Below, piece by piece: positions 7,347 through 14,991 of a stretch of 47,779 bases of DNA (position 1 is the stretch's first letter; every line of letters starts with the position of its first letter). The stretch comes from a virus, in the IMG/VR virus record IMGVR_UViG_3300025316_000002, positions 1 through 47,779 of that record; one strand, given 5' to 3'. The notes below the pieces were generated by a model that had not been told where the DNA came from, searched no databases, and worked only from the letters and a program-made list of their open reading frames with translations. The position numbers were made by a program, and so were the translations under genes.

Positions 7347-8698
7347 GGGATAACCTCCTCTTTCTGGGTAAATTCGTGTGAGCGCTCAATATGTAGCGCA
7401 TCATTCATTAAGCCGACAAGTGTCGTAAACATTTTGTCAGCCTGATCCGCCTTTCGTTGCAGGTTTTGCAGGATTTCCTGTTCGCCAACGGTGGTAATAA
7501 TATCTACCGTTACTGGTCGTTGTTGTCCAAATCTCCAACACCGGCGAATACCCTGGTAATACTGTTCGTAGCTGTGGTCAGGAAAATAGCCGATGTGGTT
7601 ACAATGCTGGAGGTTTAACCCCCAGGCCCCTATTTTGGGCTTAGTGACCAAAACGCGCACGTCCCCACGAATAAACGCTAAGAGTTTTGACTCGTGTTGT
7701 TCGTCACTATCCCTTCCGCTGATCTGGACGCTATCCGGTATCAGTTTTTCTAGCATGTCCCCCTCGGGGTTCAGGTGACACCAGATTAGCGCAGGTTGCC
7801 CGGTGGGGTTTACAATATTTGCCATCCACCGACAACGCTCGGTAATCGTGCGCCGGCGTTCTTCTCGCTGCTCAAATAATCCGACAGATGGTAACGAAAA
7901 CAGCTTGCCTGGAGGTGGAGTGTCAACCTCCATGATGTGTTCATTGACGATCAATTCCGGAAGGATGAATTGCGCATCATCAAACCCAAGGTCGGACGGT
8001 TTACGCATCGCCCGCGACCACGAACAGACCCACCGCCAGAACGGAAGTTCAGCATGCCCCTTCAACCGAAACTTCAACGCCTGATTACGATGCCGCGCCG
8101 CACAGTTATTGAGATCGTTTTTGAAAAACCGTGCGAGCATATCCATGTACCCCAGATACCCCAACGCTTCAGATGATGTCCCGAGTTCGTTGTAATCATT
8201 CGGGGCAGGTGTAGCGGAACACAGCAACCGATAGGGGATTTTGCGCATAAATACCGTAATGTCTTTTCGTCGTGCGGCGCTAAAATTTTTCAGCACCGCG
8301 CTCTCGTCACACACGACCGCAGAAAAGTCGTGGTAGCTAAATAGGTGTAGTTTTTCGTAATTCGTAATCGTAATATTTTTATGTATTATTCCATCCCGAG
8401 ATACACGCGCATTAATGCCAAACTTTTCCGCCTCTCGTTCGAGTTGATACGACACGGCCAACGGGGTAAGGATTAGCGCGGGCTTGTCGGTGTGGTTGAC
8501 CATATTTTGTGCCCATACTAGCGCCATAGGTCCCTTGCCAGTACCACAGTCAGTGAATAGCGCTGCGCGCCCTTTTTTCACCGACCACTCAACAAGGGCT
8601 TGCTGAAAATCAAACAGGTAGGATGGAAGGAAATTAGGTGTAAATCCGTGGTCCTCCCCAGCTTGCGTTTTCGACAGAATAAACTCCTCGTAGTCCAT
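7322..8698 (-). CDS. SNF2/DEAD-box superfamily 2 helicase
   Basis: Walker A DCGTGKGPMAL, DExx box VVCDESAVL, and C-terminal helicase motifs (LVTKPKIGAWGLNLQ, QGIRRCWRFGQ). ATG at 8696-8698 with AAGGGGG upstream. Confidence 0.8.
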   Translation of the reverse strand: MDYEEFILSKTQAGEDHGFTPNFLPSYLFDFQQALVEWSVKKGRAALFTDCGTGKGPMALVWAQNMVNHTDKPALILTPLAVSYQLEREAEKFGINARVSRDGIIHKNITITNYEKLHLFSYHDFSAVVCDESAVLKNFSAARRKDITVFMRKIPYRLLCSATPAPNDYNELGTSSEALGYLGYMDMLARFFKNDLNNCAARHRNQALKFRLKGHAELPFWRWVCSWSRAMRKPSDLGFDDAQFILPELIVNEHIMEVDTPPPGKLFSLPSVGLFEQREERRRTITERCRWMANIVNPTGQPALIWCHLNPEGDMLEKLIPDSVQISGRDSDEQHESKLLAFIRGDVRVLVTKPKIGAWGLNLQHCNHIGYFPDHSYEQYYQGIRRCWRFGQQRPVTVDIITTVGEQEILQNLQRKADQADKMFTTLVGLMNDALHIERSHEFTQKEEVIPWLSTISL

Positions 8699-8717
8699 GA
8701 TTCTATACCCCCTTTCC

Positions 8718-8867
8718 CTACTGTGTTTCGACGATTTCTGACAGTGCCGGAGATCGGCATCCGTCATGGGCGAACACAAACTCCATGACGCTGCAAAATG
8801 TCCTGCCGCAGTTCCGGCAGTGGTAGCCGCGCTGAATATAGCGCGGGCGGTATACTGGTATCTTCAT
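8718..8867 (-). CDS. Small hypothetical protein (49 aa), CxxC-containing; not in the ORF track
   Basis: Hand translation gives MKIPVYRPRYIQRGYHCRNCGRTFCSVMEFVFAHDGCRSPALSEIVETQ. AAAGGGGA lies upstream of the ATG at 8865-8867. Confidence 0.4.
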   Translation of the reverse strand: MKIPVYRPRYIQRGYHCRNCGRTFCSVMEFVFAHDGCRSPALSEIVETQ

Positions 8868-9140
8868 TGATTCCCCTTTCTATTTATAGCCAGCCTAACC
8901 TTACCCGGACCGACCAAGCAAAACCTCGCCTCTCCTGCCACACCTAGCCAGACCCATCCTAGCCTGTCCATACCCTGCCTGCCTCGCCAGACCTGACCTC
9001 GACTCAACGTGCCTAGACAGTCCCGACCCTGCCCCGCCTGCCACACCAGACCCGTCCTAGCCGCGCCAATCCTTACCCGGCCCCACCACGACTGCCATAA
9101 CTCGACATTCCATAACGTACCACGCCCTGCCTGCCGCGGA
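8868..9140. other. Non-coding, strongly C-rich (plus strand) repetitive intergenic tract
   Basis: My hand count over 8881-9120 gives about 109 C and 37 G in 240 nt. Repeated CCCTGCCTGCC (8973, 9125), CCTTACCCGG (8899, 9071) and CCTGCCACACC..AGACCC.TCCTAGCC (8934-8964, 9037-9062). Confidence 0.7.
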
Positions 9141-9794
9141 CTATTCGCAAATAATGGAGGACATATCGACCTCGAACCGACCGTTGCTCCCATCTTTCGA
9201 CGGCCGCCACTCCCCGACGCCGACGGCAAACCCGGCGACTTGGAACAGGTTCGCTATCTGTGCTGGCGACAGCATATTAGCGTTGTAGGTGATTGTTATG
9301 GTTGCCGACCAGTCGCGAAATTCCCCACGATAGCGTAGGTCTGCCGTGCCCATGCCGATACGCACCATGTCCTCTCGCATAACGGGCTTCCCGACAATTT
9401 CCACCAGCTCGCCATAAATGTGAAATGCGCCCCGCGCTTCCGTTTTCGCGATGCCGGAGATTTGTGTACAAGCATCCACTGCTGACGCTTTGAAGGCGAT
9501 GGTGGGGAATCCGTAGCGTCCAGCCGCGAGAATGTCGGGCAAGTCCTGGTTCATTGGCGTTTTTATGGGTTCGCCCTCTAGCCAGTACATCGACTCAATG
9601 AAATCATCTACCGGCACTTTCGCGCCTTTTTTTTGCTTCGCGGCTTGCATCTGTTTGTCCCGCATTTCAGTTTTCGCCTTGGCGCTCCATTTGTGCATAA
9701 TCAGCGGAGATACCCCGCGTAAGGTGAGCGTCATGCGCTTCAGGTTCATCGGCGGGATATCGAGCATCCCTGGTGTTTTTTTTGCGATAGCCAT
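9141..9794 (-). CDS. Hypothetical protein (217 aa) in the recombination module
   Basis: ATG at 9792-9794 with GAGAGAGAGGA upstream. Conserved-looking motifs RGVSPLIMHKW and GVGEWRPSKDGSNGRFEV. Family not recognised. Confidence 0.6.
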   Translation of the reverse strand: MAIAKKTPGMLDIPPMNLKRMTLTLRGVSPLIMHKWSAKAKTEMRDKQMQAAKQKKGAKVPVDDFIESMYWLEGEPIKTPMNQDLPDILAAGRYGFPTIAFKASAVDACTQISGIAKTEARGAFHIYGELVEIVGKPVMREDMVRIGMGTADLRYRGEFRDWSATITITYNANMLSPAQIANLFQVAGFAVGVGEWRPSKDGSNGRFEVDMSSIICE

Positions 9795-9892
9795 GTCTGT
9801 CCTCTCTCTCTCGTCGTGTCCGATGATTCGGACGGTGGATAGCATGATCCTCCCCGTTGCCCTCCGTCGCCGAAGGGCAATAGCAGGATACG

Positions 9893-10264
9893 CTACATCG
9901 GCAACATGCCGCTTTCATAGTTGACCCGCAGTTCGACGTTTTCCGGGTCAATGTTCTCCTCTACGGCGCGACGAATCAGCTTTTCCAGCACAAACGTTAA
10001 CTTCTCACGTTCGGCGACAATCTGCGCCAACATCTCCCGCAGTTCCCCGGCCCCGTTGCCGCACCGTTCGGCGATGATCTTCGCGGCGTGGGCAAAATCA
10101 ATCGGGTAGACCGCATCACCCCACTCCTCATATTGCTCCTCCGGTTGGCCGTCCTTGGCCCGTCGCGTGTGCGTTTCCATCTCGTAGACGGCCCACCCCC
10201 AGGTATAACGCTGGATGGCGCATTTTGTACCGGGTATCAGGATCAGCATCTCGTTTGCTTTCAT
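9893..10264 (-). CDS. Hypothetical protein (123 aa)
   Basis: Clean ORF whose start overlaps the stop of the Gam-like gene (TAATG). Confidence 0.6.
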   Translation of the reverse strand: MKANEMLILIPGTKCAIQRYTWGWAVYEMETHTRRAKDGQPEEQYEEWGDAVYPIDFAHAAKIIAERCGNGAGELREMLAQIVAEREKLTFVLEKLIRRAVEENIDPENVELRVNYESGMLPM

Positions 10265-10842
10265 TACTTGCCCCCATCGTCGGGGTTCTCAACGTCCATA
10301 AGCACCTTCACGGAAAAGACCACCTCGCCGGGTACGAACCTCATCCCTGGCACAATCTCCCCGGTATCCTGGAGGATCACTTCCCCGTCGTCTGTCGGCG
10401 TAAGATGCCCCTTCATCTCTGACCAGTCTAGCGTTTCGCGGACGCGGATAAACGGCAATTCGTTGGCGCGTACCCATTCCAGCATCTCCGTGTCGTCACG
10501 GGCAAAAACGTCGGGGTTTTTGCGAAGCTGGAGCTTTGCATCTGGCGTGACGGCGCTTTTTTTCTTCGGGTCATCGGCGTTCACCCCGCGTAGGTACGAT
10601 TCGAGGAGTCCCTCGAAATAGTTGCAATCGGCGTCCAGCTTGCCGGCCTCATCGTCGGCCCACTGTTGCAGGCGGTCGATGCGCGATTGTGCGGCGGCAT
10701 AAATCTCCTGTTGGTGTTGGCGCTTCGCCCGCAATTTCGCGGCGGCCCAGGCGGCCTTGTCTATCGAGTCGCAAATAAACCGCTCATCCGGGGTGTAGTC
10801 TGACTCGTGCTCGATGGCATCGAGTAACTGTTGCTCGGTCAT
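10264..10842 (-). CDS. Putative Mu Gam-like host-nuclease inhibitor family protein
   Basis: N-terminal coiled coil (DKAAWAAAKLRAKRQHQQEI...RIDRLQQW) and a C-terminal region like Gam-like / Gp157-like proteins. Adjacent to erf. GAGGGAG RBS. Confidence 0.4.
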   Translation of the reverse strand: MTEQQLLDAIEHESDYTPDERFICDSIDKAAWAAAKLRAKRQHQQEIYAAAQSRIDRLQQWADDEAGKLDADCNYFEGLLESYLRGVNADDPKKKSAVTPDAKLQLRKNPDVFARDDTEMLEWVRANELPFIRVRETLDWSEMKGHLTPTDDGEVILQDTGEIVPGMRFVPGEVVFSVKVLMDVENPDDGGK

Positions 10843-10857
10843 AGTGATTCTCCCTCT

Positions 10858-11595
10858 CTATTGATCCGCGAATGGGTCTTCTACGCCGCTAATATCCGGC
10901 AGTTCCGGGTTTTCCGCGAGGTTTGCCTCATATAACTGGATGCTGTGTAGCACCCGCTGACAATCCTCTGGTTGCCACTCGCTGAATTTTTTCGGCACAT
11001 TAGCCTTGGCGCAGAGGTGAAATAGTTCCGCCGACGGCTTCTGATACTGCGGTTTGTCGGGGTTCGGTTCAGTCAGTCCAGGGACGCTTTCCGCCGCTTT
11101 TAAGACACCTTGCCACGTCAATGTGCCTTGCGGCGATTGTGTGGGTTTCGACGCGCCAGCCTGCTGCTGTGCCTGCTGCTGGGAACGTGGGGCAGTCGCG
11201 GCGGGATGGCTGGCCGCGTTGCCGTCGTCATCATCCTGCACCAGTCCAATAATCGCCGCCAACCCATAGCGCCGCGCGTACGTCATCGCGCTACCGTAGC
11301 CTTGTGGGTCATTTTTCGCCAATGGCAACACGCACTCGCTACATATCCATTCCCCGCTAATGTGCAGGAGTAATGTCGTGAGGTGGAGCCGTCCATCATC
11401 ACCCGGCGCCGGGAGTTGTGACACGGAAAGCCCGTTTTCGATCAGCGGTTTTCGACACGCCTCCCAGCAATCCGCGAGGTTCGCGTATCTCGATTTGAAC
11501 GCCGGGTTCACCGCGCCTTTTTCGGCGGCGGGTAACTGCGCTTGCGCTTTCACGAGCGCTTTGGCAAGTTCTGTGATTGAGTCACTTTTCTGCAT
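10858..11595 (-). CDS. erf: ERF-family single-strand annealing recombinase
   Basis: NPAFKSRYANLADCWEACRKPL and GSAMTYARRYGLAAIIGL are hallmark ERF motifs. ATG at 11593-11595 with AGGGAG upstream. Confidence 0.8.
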   Translation of the reverse strand: MQKSDSITELAKALVKAQAQLPAAEKGAVNPAFKSRYANLADCWEACRKPLIENGLSVSQLPAPGDDGRLHLTTLLLHISGEWICSECVLPLAKNDPQGYGSAMTYARRYGLAAIIGLVQDDDDGNAASHPAATAPRSQQQAQQQAGASKPTQSPQGTLTWQGVLKAAESVPGLTEPNPDKPQYQKPSAELFHLCAKANVPKKFSEWQPEDCQRVLHSIQLYEANLAENPELPDISGVEDPFADQ

Positions 11596-11614
11596 AATTC
11601 TCCCTTTCCCCCTG

Positions 11615-11716
11615 TTACCGGCCACGCGGTAACAGATCGTCATAATAGCCCGCCACGACCAATAGGCAGGCGGCGACAGTGAGCATGATTATACCTGCTA
11701 CGGCAACAACGTCCAT
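11615..11716 (-). CDS. Micro-ORF, 33-aa hydrophobic peptide (MDVVAVAGIIMLTVAACLLVVAGYYDDLLPRGR)
   Basis: GGGAGG lies 6 nt upstream of the ATG at 11714-11716. One predicted TM helix. Below the ORF-track cutoff. Confidence 0.35.
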   Translation of the reverse strand: MDVVAVAGIIMLTVAACLLVVAGYYDDLLPRGR

Positions 11717-11717
11717 G

Positions 11718-11873
11718 TTATTCCTCCCTGCGTGTCATACCCGGCCATCTGCGACAGCGCAATACCCAGCGGTCATAGCGGGTTTGGCCGCAGTACGAGA
11801 TATTCAGTGCGACGGCGATGCCGCACAGCATAGCGATCCATCCGGCAATGTCGGTCATAAGATGCAGGTCCAT
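11718..11873 (-). CDS. Small membrane protein (51 aa)
   Basis: ATG at 11871-11873 with GAGGAGAGAGA upstream. Contains a TM segment IAGWIAMLCGIAVAL. Confidence 0.4.
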   Translation of the reverse strand: MDLHLMTDIAGWIAMLCGIAVALNISYCGQTRYDRWVLRCRRWPGMTRREE

Positions 11874-12088
11874 TCTCTCTCCTCTCACCGTCGCCGGGCA
11901 GGGTTCGCAGGTTGACCCCCATACTGCCCTGCCCGGCGCGTGTTGCTTTACACCGTCCCGCCCGGTATCACGGCGCATGTTATGGGGCATCTCTCGTATT
12001 GCATGGTTTGGGGCGGCGTTGAATTTGCCGTACCAGGGCAACCGCTCCGAGTTGTGACCGCGTAACCGGTCACAGCCCGCAAAGGTCG

Positions 12089-12292
12089 CTAGTCTCGCGG
12101 GTCCAGCACCTCACCGAACGCCGCGAACTCATCGCAAGCAATCTTCGGCGTGAAGTCCACACCGTGCTTGCAGGTGTTGTCCTCACAGTGCGGGTCAAAA
12201 CATGTCCCGTCGTGCATTTTCGCGCACGTCGCGCACAGGCACGGCTTGCTGTAATAAGCGCTTGCCCGGTATGGGCAGGGAGTAGCGCTCAT
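12089..12292 (-). CDS. Cys-rich small hypothetical protein (67 aa, 9 Cys)
   Basis: ATGA overlap with the upstream HTH gene. Multiple CxxC/CxC spacings suggest metal binding. Confidence 0.55.
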   Translation of the reverse strand: MSATPCPYRASAYYSKPCLCATCAKMHDGTCFDPHCEDNTCKHGVDFTPKIACDEFAAFGEVLDPRD

Positions 12293-12477
12293 TTCGTCAC
12301 CTCATCGCGCGGTGATGCCAGCATCATGACTTCCGCGCGGCTGAATCGCAGGCAACCCTGGATATAATGGGGGGTGAGCACGTTGTTACGCCGTAGATTG
12401 TAAATCGTCCCTACGCTCACTTTCAGCATTACGGCGGCTTCGCGTGTCGTTACTAGCATCGAATTGTCGTTCGTCAT
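12289..12477 (-). CDS. Helix-turn-helix DNA-binding protein (excisionase/MerR-like HTH_17 type)
   Basis: LVTTREAAVMLKVSVGTIYNLRRNNVL is a typical HTH_17 pattern. Confidence 0.65.
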   Translation of the reverse strand: MTNDNSMLVTTREAAVMLKVSVGTIYNLRRNNVLTPHYIQGCLRFSRAEVMMLASPRDEVTK

Positions 12478-12480
12478 CGT

Positions 12481-13065
12481 CTAACCTCCGACAACAAAGC
12501 TGAAACGCGGATTATTCGGCGCGCTATCCCGATAGCTGAAGGCCATCTGCGCAAAAAACAGCGCAGGAATCGCGACAGCATCTTTCGGGGCTGATGCGTC
12601 GTGTGGGGTGATGATTAAGCGCGGTATCGGGTCCCAGACGTTTGTCGGATGTGCAATATACCCAATATACGCACCATCGGCCATCATCTCATATAGCGCG
12701 TCCTGCCGCGCATCTAAATAGGCATCGAGTTGCAAGCTATTCGATGCCACTCGCAAAACATCATGCACAGCGGTTTTGATGTCCTCCGGCAGGTCATCGG
12801 TGTTCGTCGCCGAGACAAGCCCTAACTCATTGCGATGGCTATCAGCATCAGGTGAGCAATAAACGCTCTCATCCTCGTTGACGATATAGACCACGCTTTC
12901 ACGTGTGGCCACGCAAGCGAAAATGCGCAGTTCCTCATCAATATAAAACAGCCTACTTTCATAGATCACAGCATCACTGTGTGCTGTGACGTGTCCGGAA
13001 ATAGTCAGTTGTCTCGTATTAGCATCTGACCGTATTACGATTGATCGTGTGTCGCATTGCGCCAT
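12481..13065 (-). CDS. Hypothetical protein (194 aa)
   Basis: ATG at 13063-13065 with GAGGAG 7 nt upstream. Family not recognised. Confidence 0.6.
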   Translation of the reverse strand: MAQCDTRSIVIRSDANTRQLTISGHVTAHSDAVIYESRLFYIDEELRIFACVATRESVVYIVNEDESVYCSPDADSHRNELGLVSATNTDDLPEDIKTAVHDVLRVASNSLQLDAYLDARQDALYEMMADGAYIGYIAHPTNVWDPIPRLIITPHDASAPKDAVAIPALFFAQMAFSYRDSAPNNPRFSFVVGG

Positions 13066-13150
13066 TGTATTTCTCCTCTCGTTCTCGCCGTGTCTCACCA
13101 TTATACACAGCGTATCACCACGCGTCAAGGGGTATCACCACACTATAATA

Positions 13151-13357
13151 TTATTTTTTGCGCGAGCGTCCCTTCACCCACCCGGGGCCCGGTTTTGTCC
13201 GCAGGAAGGCGTCAAGGTATTCTTGCGAATAAACATTCATATAACCGTACCGCCCGGATGGCACCAGCCGCCCGCACTTGCGGTGGTAGTGCATGGATGC
13301 GAGCGAGAGGCCGCAGTATTTCGCGGCCTCTGCCGTCGTGTAGTAGGTCATTTTCAT
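13151..13357 (-). CDS. Helix-turn-helix DNA-binding protein (excisionase-like HTH_17 type)
   Basis: YYTTAEAAKYCGLSLASMHYHRKCGRL pattern. ATG at 13355-13357 with a GGGGAGAAGGGG RBS and an ATGA overlap with the upstream gene. Confidence 0.6.
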   Translation of the reverse strand: MKMTYYTTAEAAKYCGLSLASMHYHRKCGRLVPSGRYGYMNVYSQEYLDAFLRTKPGPGWVKGRSRKK

Positions 13358-13629
13358 TGTTCCCCTTCTCCCCCGGCAATGCAATACCCAGCTCGACGTA
13401 GAGCTTCGGAGTGGTTCATTTCCCCGCAAAAACTCCCCGTCAGCTCTAGCCAATTGATTTTTTTCGCGTTTTTATCCGTGCCAAAAATAAACGTTTCCGG
13501 CCCACTGAAAACATTTGTTGCGCTGACAATTACGTAATCATATCCATCGAGCGCAATAGAGAGTTGATAAAGCGCGGCATCAGATTGCCAGCTTTTCATC
13601 TTTTTAACGTAAGTTGCTGTGTTCATCAT
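13354..13629 (-). CDS. Hypothetical protein (91 aa)
   Basis: ATGATG at 13624-13629 with GAAAGG upstream. Globular-looking sequence. Confidence 0.55.
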   Translation of the reverse strand: MMNTATYVKKMKSWQSDAALYQLSIALDGYDYVIVSATNVFSGPETFIFGTDKNAKKINWLELTGSFCGEMNHSEALRRAGYCIAGGEGEQ

Positions 13630-13673
13630 AAGCCTTTCTGCCGGTGTAGCCCGCCGGCAGGCATCGGGGGAGG

Positions 13674-13850
13674 TTATTCGATGCCTTGTCGGCAGGATTT
13701 GATCCAGTTCGCGATTTCGGCATCCGGAGCAGTTTCTAACCACGTGTCGTGGTCTGTCATATTGTCCCAATCGGCATTAATCAAATCGGCGGCAATGTCG
13801 GCGGTGGTTCCCGCGAGGTTGGCGATGTTTTCGATGCGTTCAGCGTTCAT
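13674..13850 (-). CDS. Immediate-early acidic 58-aa protein, paralog A
   Basis: First gene behind consensus promoter P_L1. GGGAGAGAGAACC RBS. 12 D/E against 3 K/R. About 81 percent identical (47/58 by my alignment) to 17371..17547. Confidence 0.7.
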   Translation of the reverse strand: MNAERIENIANLAGTTADIAADLINADWDNMTDHDTWLETAPDAEIANWIKSCRQGIE

Positions 13851-13911
13851 GGTTCTCTCTCCCGTGGGAGGCTGGCCCTGCGTCCAGTCCTCCGTTTCTT
13901 TATCTGAATAC

Positions 13912-13940
13912 ATTATCTCATACCTATAATCTATTGTCAA
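13912..13940 (-). promoter_or_regulatory. Consensus sigma70 promoter P_L1 (early leftward)
   Basis: Minus strand reads TTGACA (13935-13940), 17 nt, GATAAT (13912-13917). The palindrome CTATTG-T-CAATAG (13931-13943) overlaps the -35. Confidence 0.7.
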
Positions 13941-13978
13941 TAGCTTATCTACCTATTTTTAACTTATTTCGAAAATAT

Positions 13979-14006
13979 TTGCAACTATTTTTTATCGTGG
14001 TAGAAT
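13979..14006 (+). promoter_or_regulatory. Sigma70-type promoter P_R1 (extended -10)
   Basis: TTGCAA (13979-13984), 16 nt, then TGG-TAGAAT (13998-14006). Lies 30 nt upstream of the ATG at 14036, which has a GAGGGAGGA RBS. Confidence 0.55.
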
Positions 14007-14035
14007 AGGCCAGGGAATCAGAGAGGGAGGAGAAC

Positions 14036-14641
14036 ATGGCACAGCACACCTACCGGCACATCGAACAGGTATTGGCGCTCTACTACCGGGAGCTTCCCGG
14101 CCTTGAGCGGATGATAACCCACTGCCTACAGGAGACTGAGCGCGATTTGACCCGCATCGAAGGCGAAGGTCCGTGTCCGACAGTGGGAGTCGCACGCTAC
14201 GAACTCCGAGAGACGCAGGGAATAAATGCGATCAGCTACCCCACGGAACGCGCCGCGATAGCCTCTCCTGATCGGGAGGAATACGACGCGCGCACCCGCG
14301 CCCTGCGCAACACCGCCGCCTACTATCGCGAGCAATTATCCAACCTGGCCGCCTTGCAATACTCAATGTCACAGGTGATTGCACTCCTCGACCCTGACCT
14401 GCGTGAGGCAATTCGGAAAATGTATGCCGAAGGACTCCATCAAAAAGATTTGCCCCTGCCCCTGGCATCCGCCACCGTCTCCTACCACGTCAACGACGTA
14501 TACCGGTGTATTGACCGCTGGTTGTCTATGACGTTCTATTGTCTACCTGTCGAATTTTTGCGGGAGAAATATAGCTACATTTTCCCCGGCAATTCGTCGC
14601 CAGGTCGCACACGACGCCGGGCAGAGCTGGTATATTGTTAG
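14036..14641 (+). CDS. Putative phage transcription regulator (ArpU/RinA-like or sigma70 region-4-like HTH)
   Basis: Strong RBS, and the first gene of the rightward unit. The C-terminal LDPDLREAIRKMYAEGLHQKDL...ATVSYHVNDVYRCIDRWL resembles a sigma region 4 / ArpU HTH. The function is inferred. Confidence 0.4.
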   Translation: MAQHTYRHIEQVLALYYRELPGLERMITHCLQETERDLTRIEGEGPCPTVGVARYELRETQGINAISYPTERAAIASPDREEYDARTRALRNTAAYYREQLSNLAALQYSMSQVIALLDPDLREAIRKMYAEGLHQKDLPLPLASATVSYHVNDVYRCIDRWLSMTFYCLPVEFLREKYSYIFPGNSSPGRTRRRAELVYC

Positions 14642-14740
14642 TGTAGACCGCTTGCGGCCTATGTCGATTCTCTCTTTCCGCCCTGGGGCAGGGAGTTACC
14701 TTTCGCTTCCTGCCCCTCCCCCAGCCCACGGGGTAGCACC

Positions 14741-14824
14741 ATGGAGCAACTTTTCTGCTGCTGTCTCGCCGCGCTCCTGTTACAGGTGCTCGCTGTCTAC
14801 ATCACGCCCATGAGGTACAAATGA
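14741..14824 (+). CDS. Micro-ORF, 27-aa hydrophobic Cys-rich peptide (MEQLFCCCLAALLLQVLAVYITPMRYK)
   Basis: ATG at 14741. ATGA overlap with the next ORF. Weak RBS. Confidence 0.25.
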   Translation: MEQLFCCCLAALLLQVLAVYITPMRYK

Positions 14825-14991
14825 GACACGACCCGACGGCCAACACCGCGATAGCCCACATCCTGCGCGACGATCCGCGCCAACGCGCCGACTACCGGCG
14901 ATGGCTGGCGGAGCATCCCAAGGAGTGGCAGGCAGGTGCGCAAACCCGCTACCGCCGCGCCGCCGAACGACTTCAGGTGAGGTTCTCGTGA
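14821..14991 (+). CDS. Small basic hypothetical protein (56 aa); not in the ORF track
   Basis: GAGGT lies 5 nt upstream of the ATG at 14821. The stop overlaps the GTG start of the ParB-MTase gene (GTGA). Confidence 0.4.
   Translation: MRHDPTANTAIAHILRDDPRQRADYRRWLAEHPKEWQAGAQTRYRRAAERLQVRFS

Noticed and set aside
8864-9229. 121-aa minus-strand ORF covering the C-rich intergenic tract
   Set aside because: The Gly/Trp/Arg-dominated, low-complexity translation is what a G-rich strand gives by default. Its start lies inside the upstream gene, and it has no RBS. Treated as non-coding.
12289-13357. Excisionase-like HTH proteins as evidence for a temperate lifestyle or a mobile element
   Set aside because: No integrase, attP-like site, CI/Cro pair or partition system was found. 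HTH_17-type small proteins are common generic DNA binders in lytic phages.
13851-13940. N-terminal extension of the acidic early protein (MYSDKE... start, conserved in both paralogs)
   Set aside because: That ATG sits between the -10 hexamer and the predicted transcription start of a consensus promoter. The conservation is explained by the promoter and leader. The downstream ATG (MNAE/MNAD) has a strong GGGAG(G) RBS in both copies.
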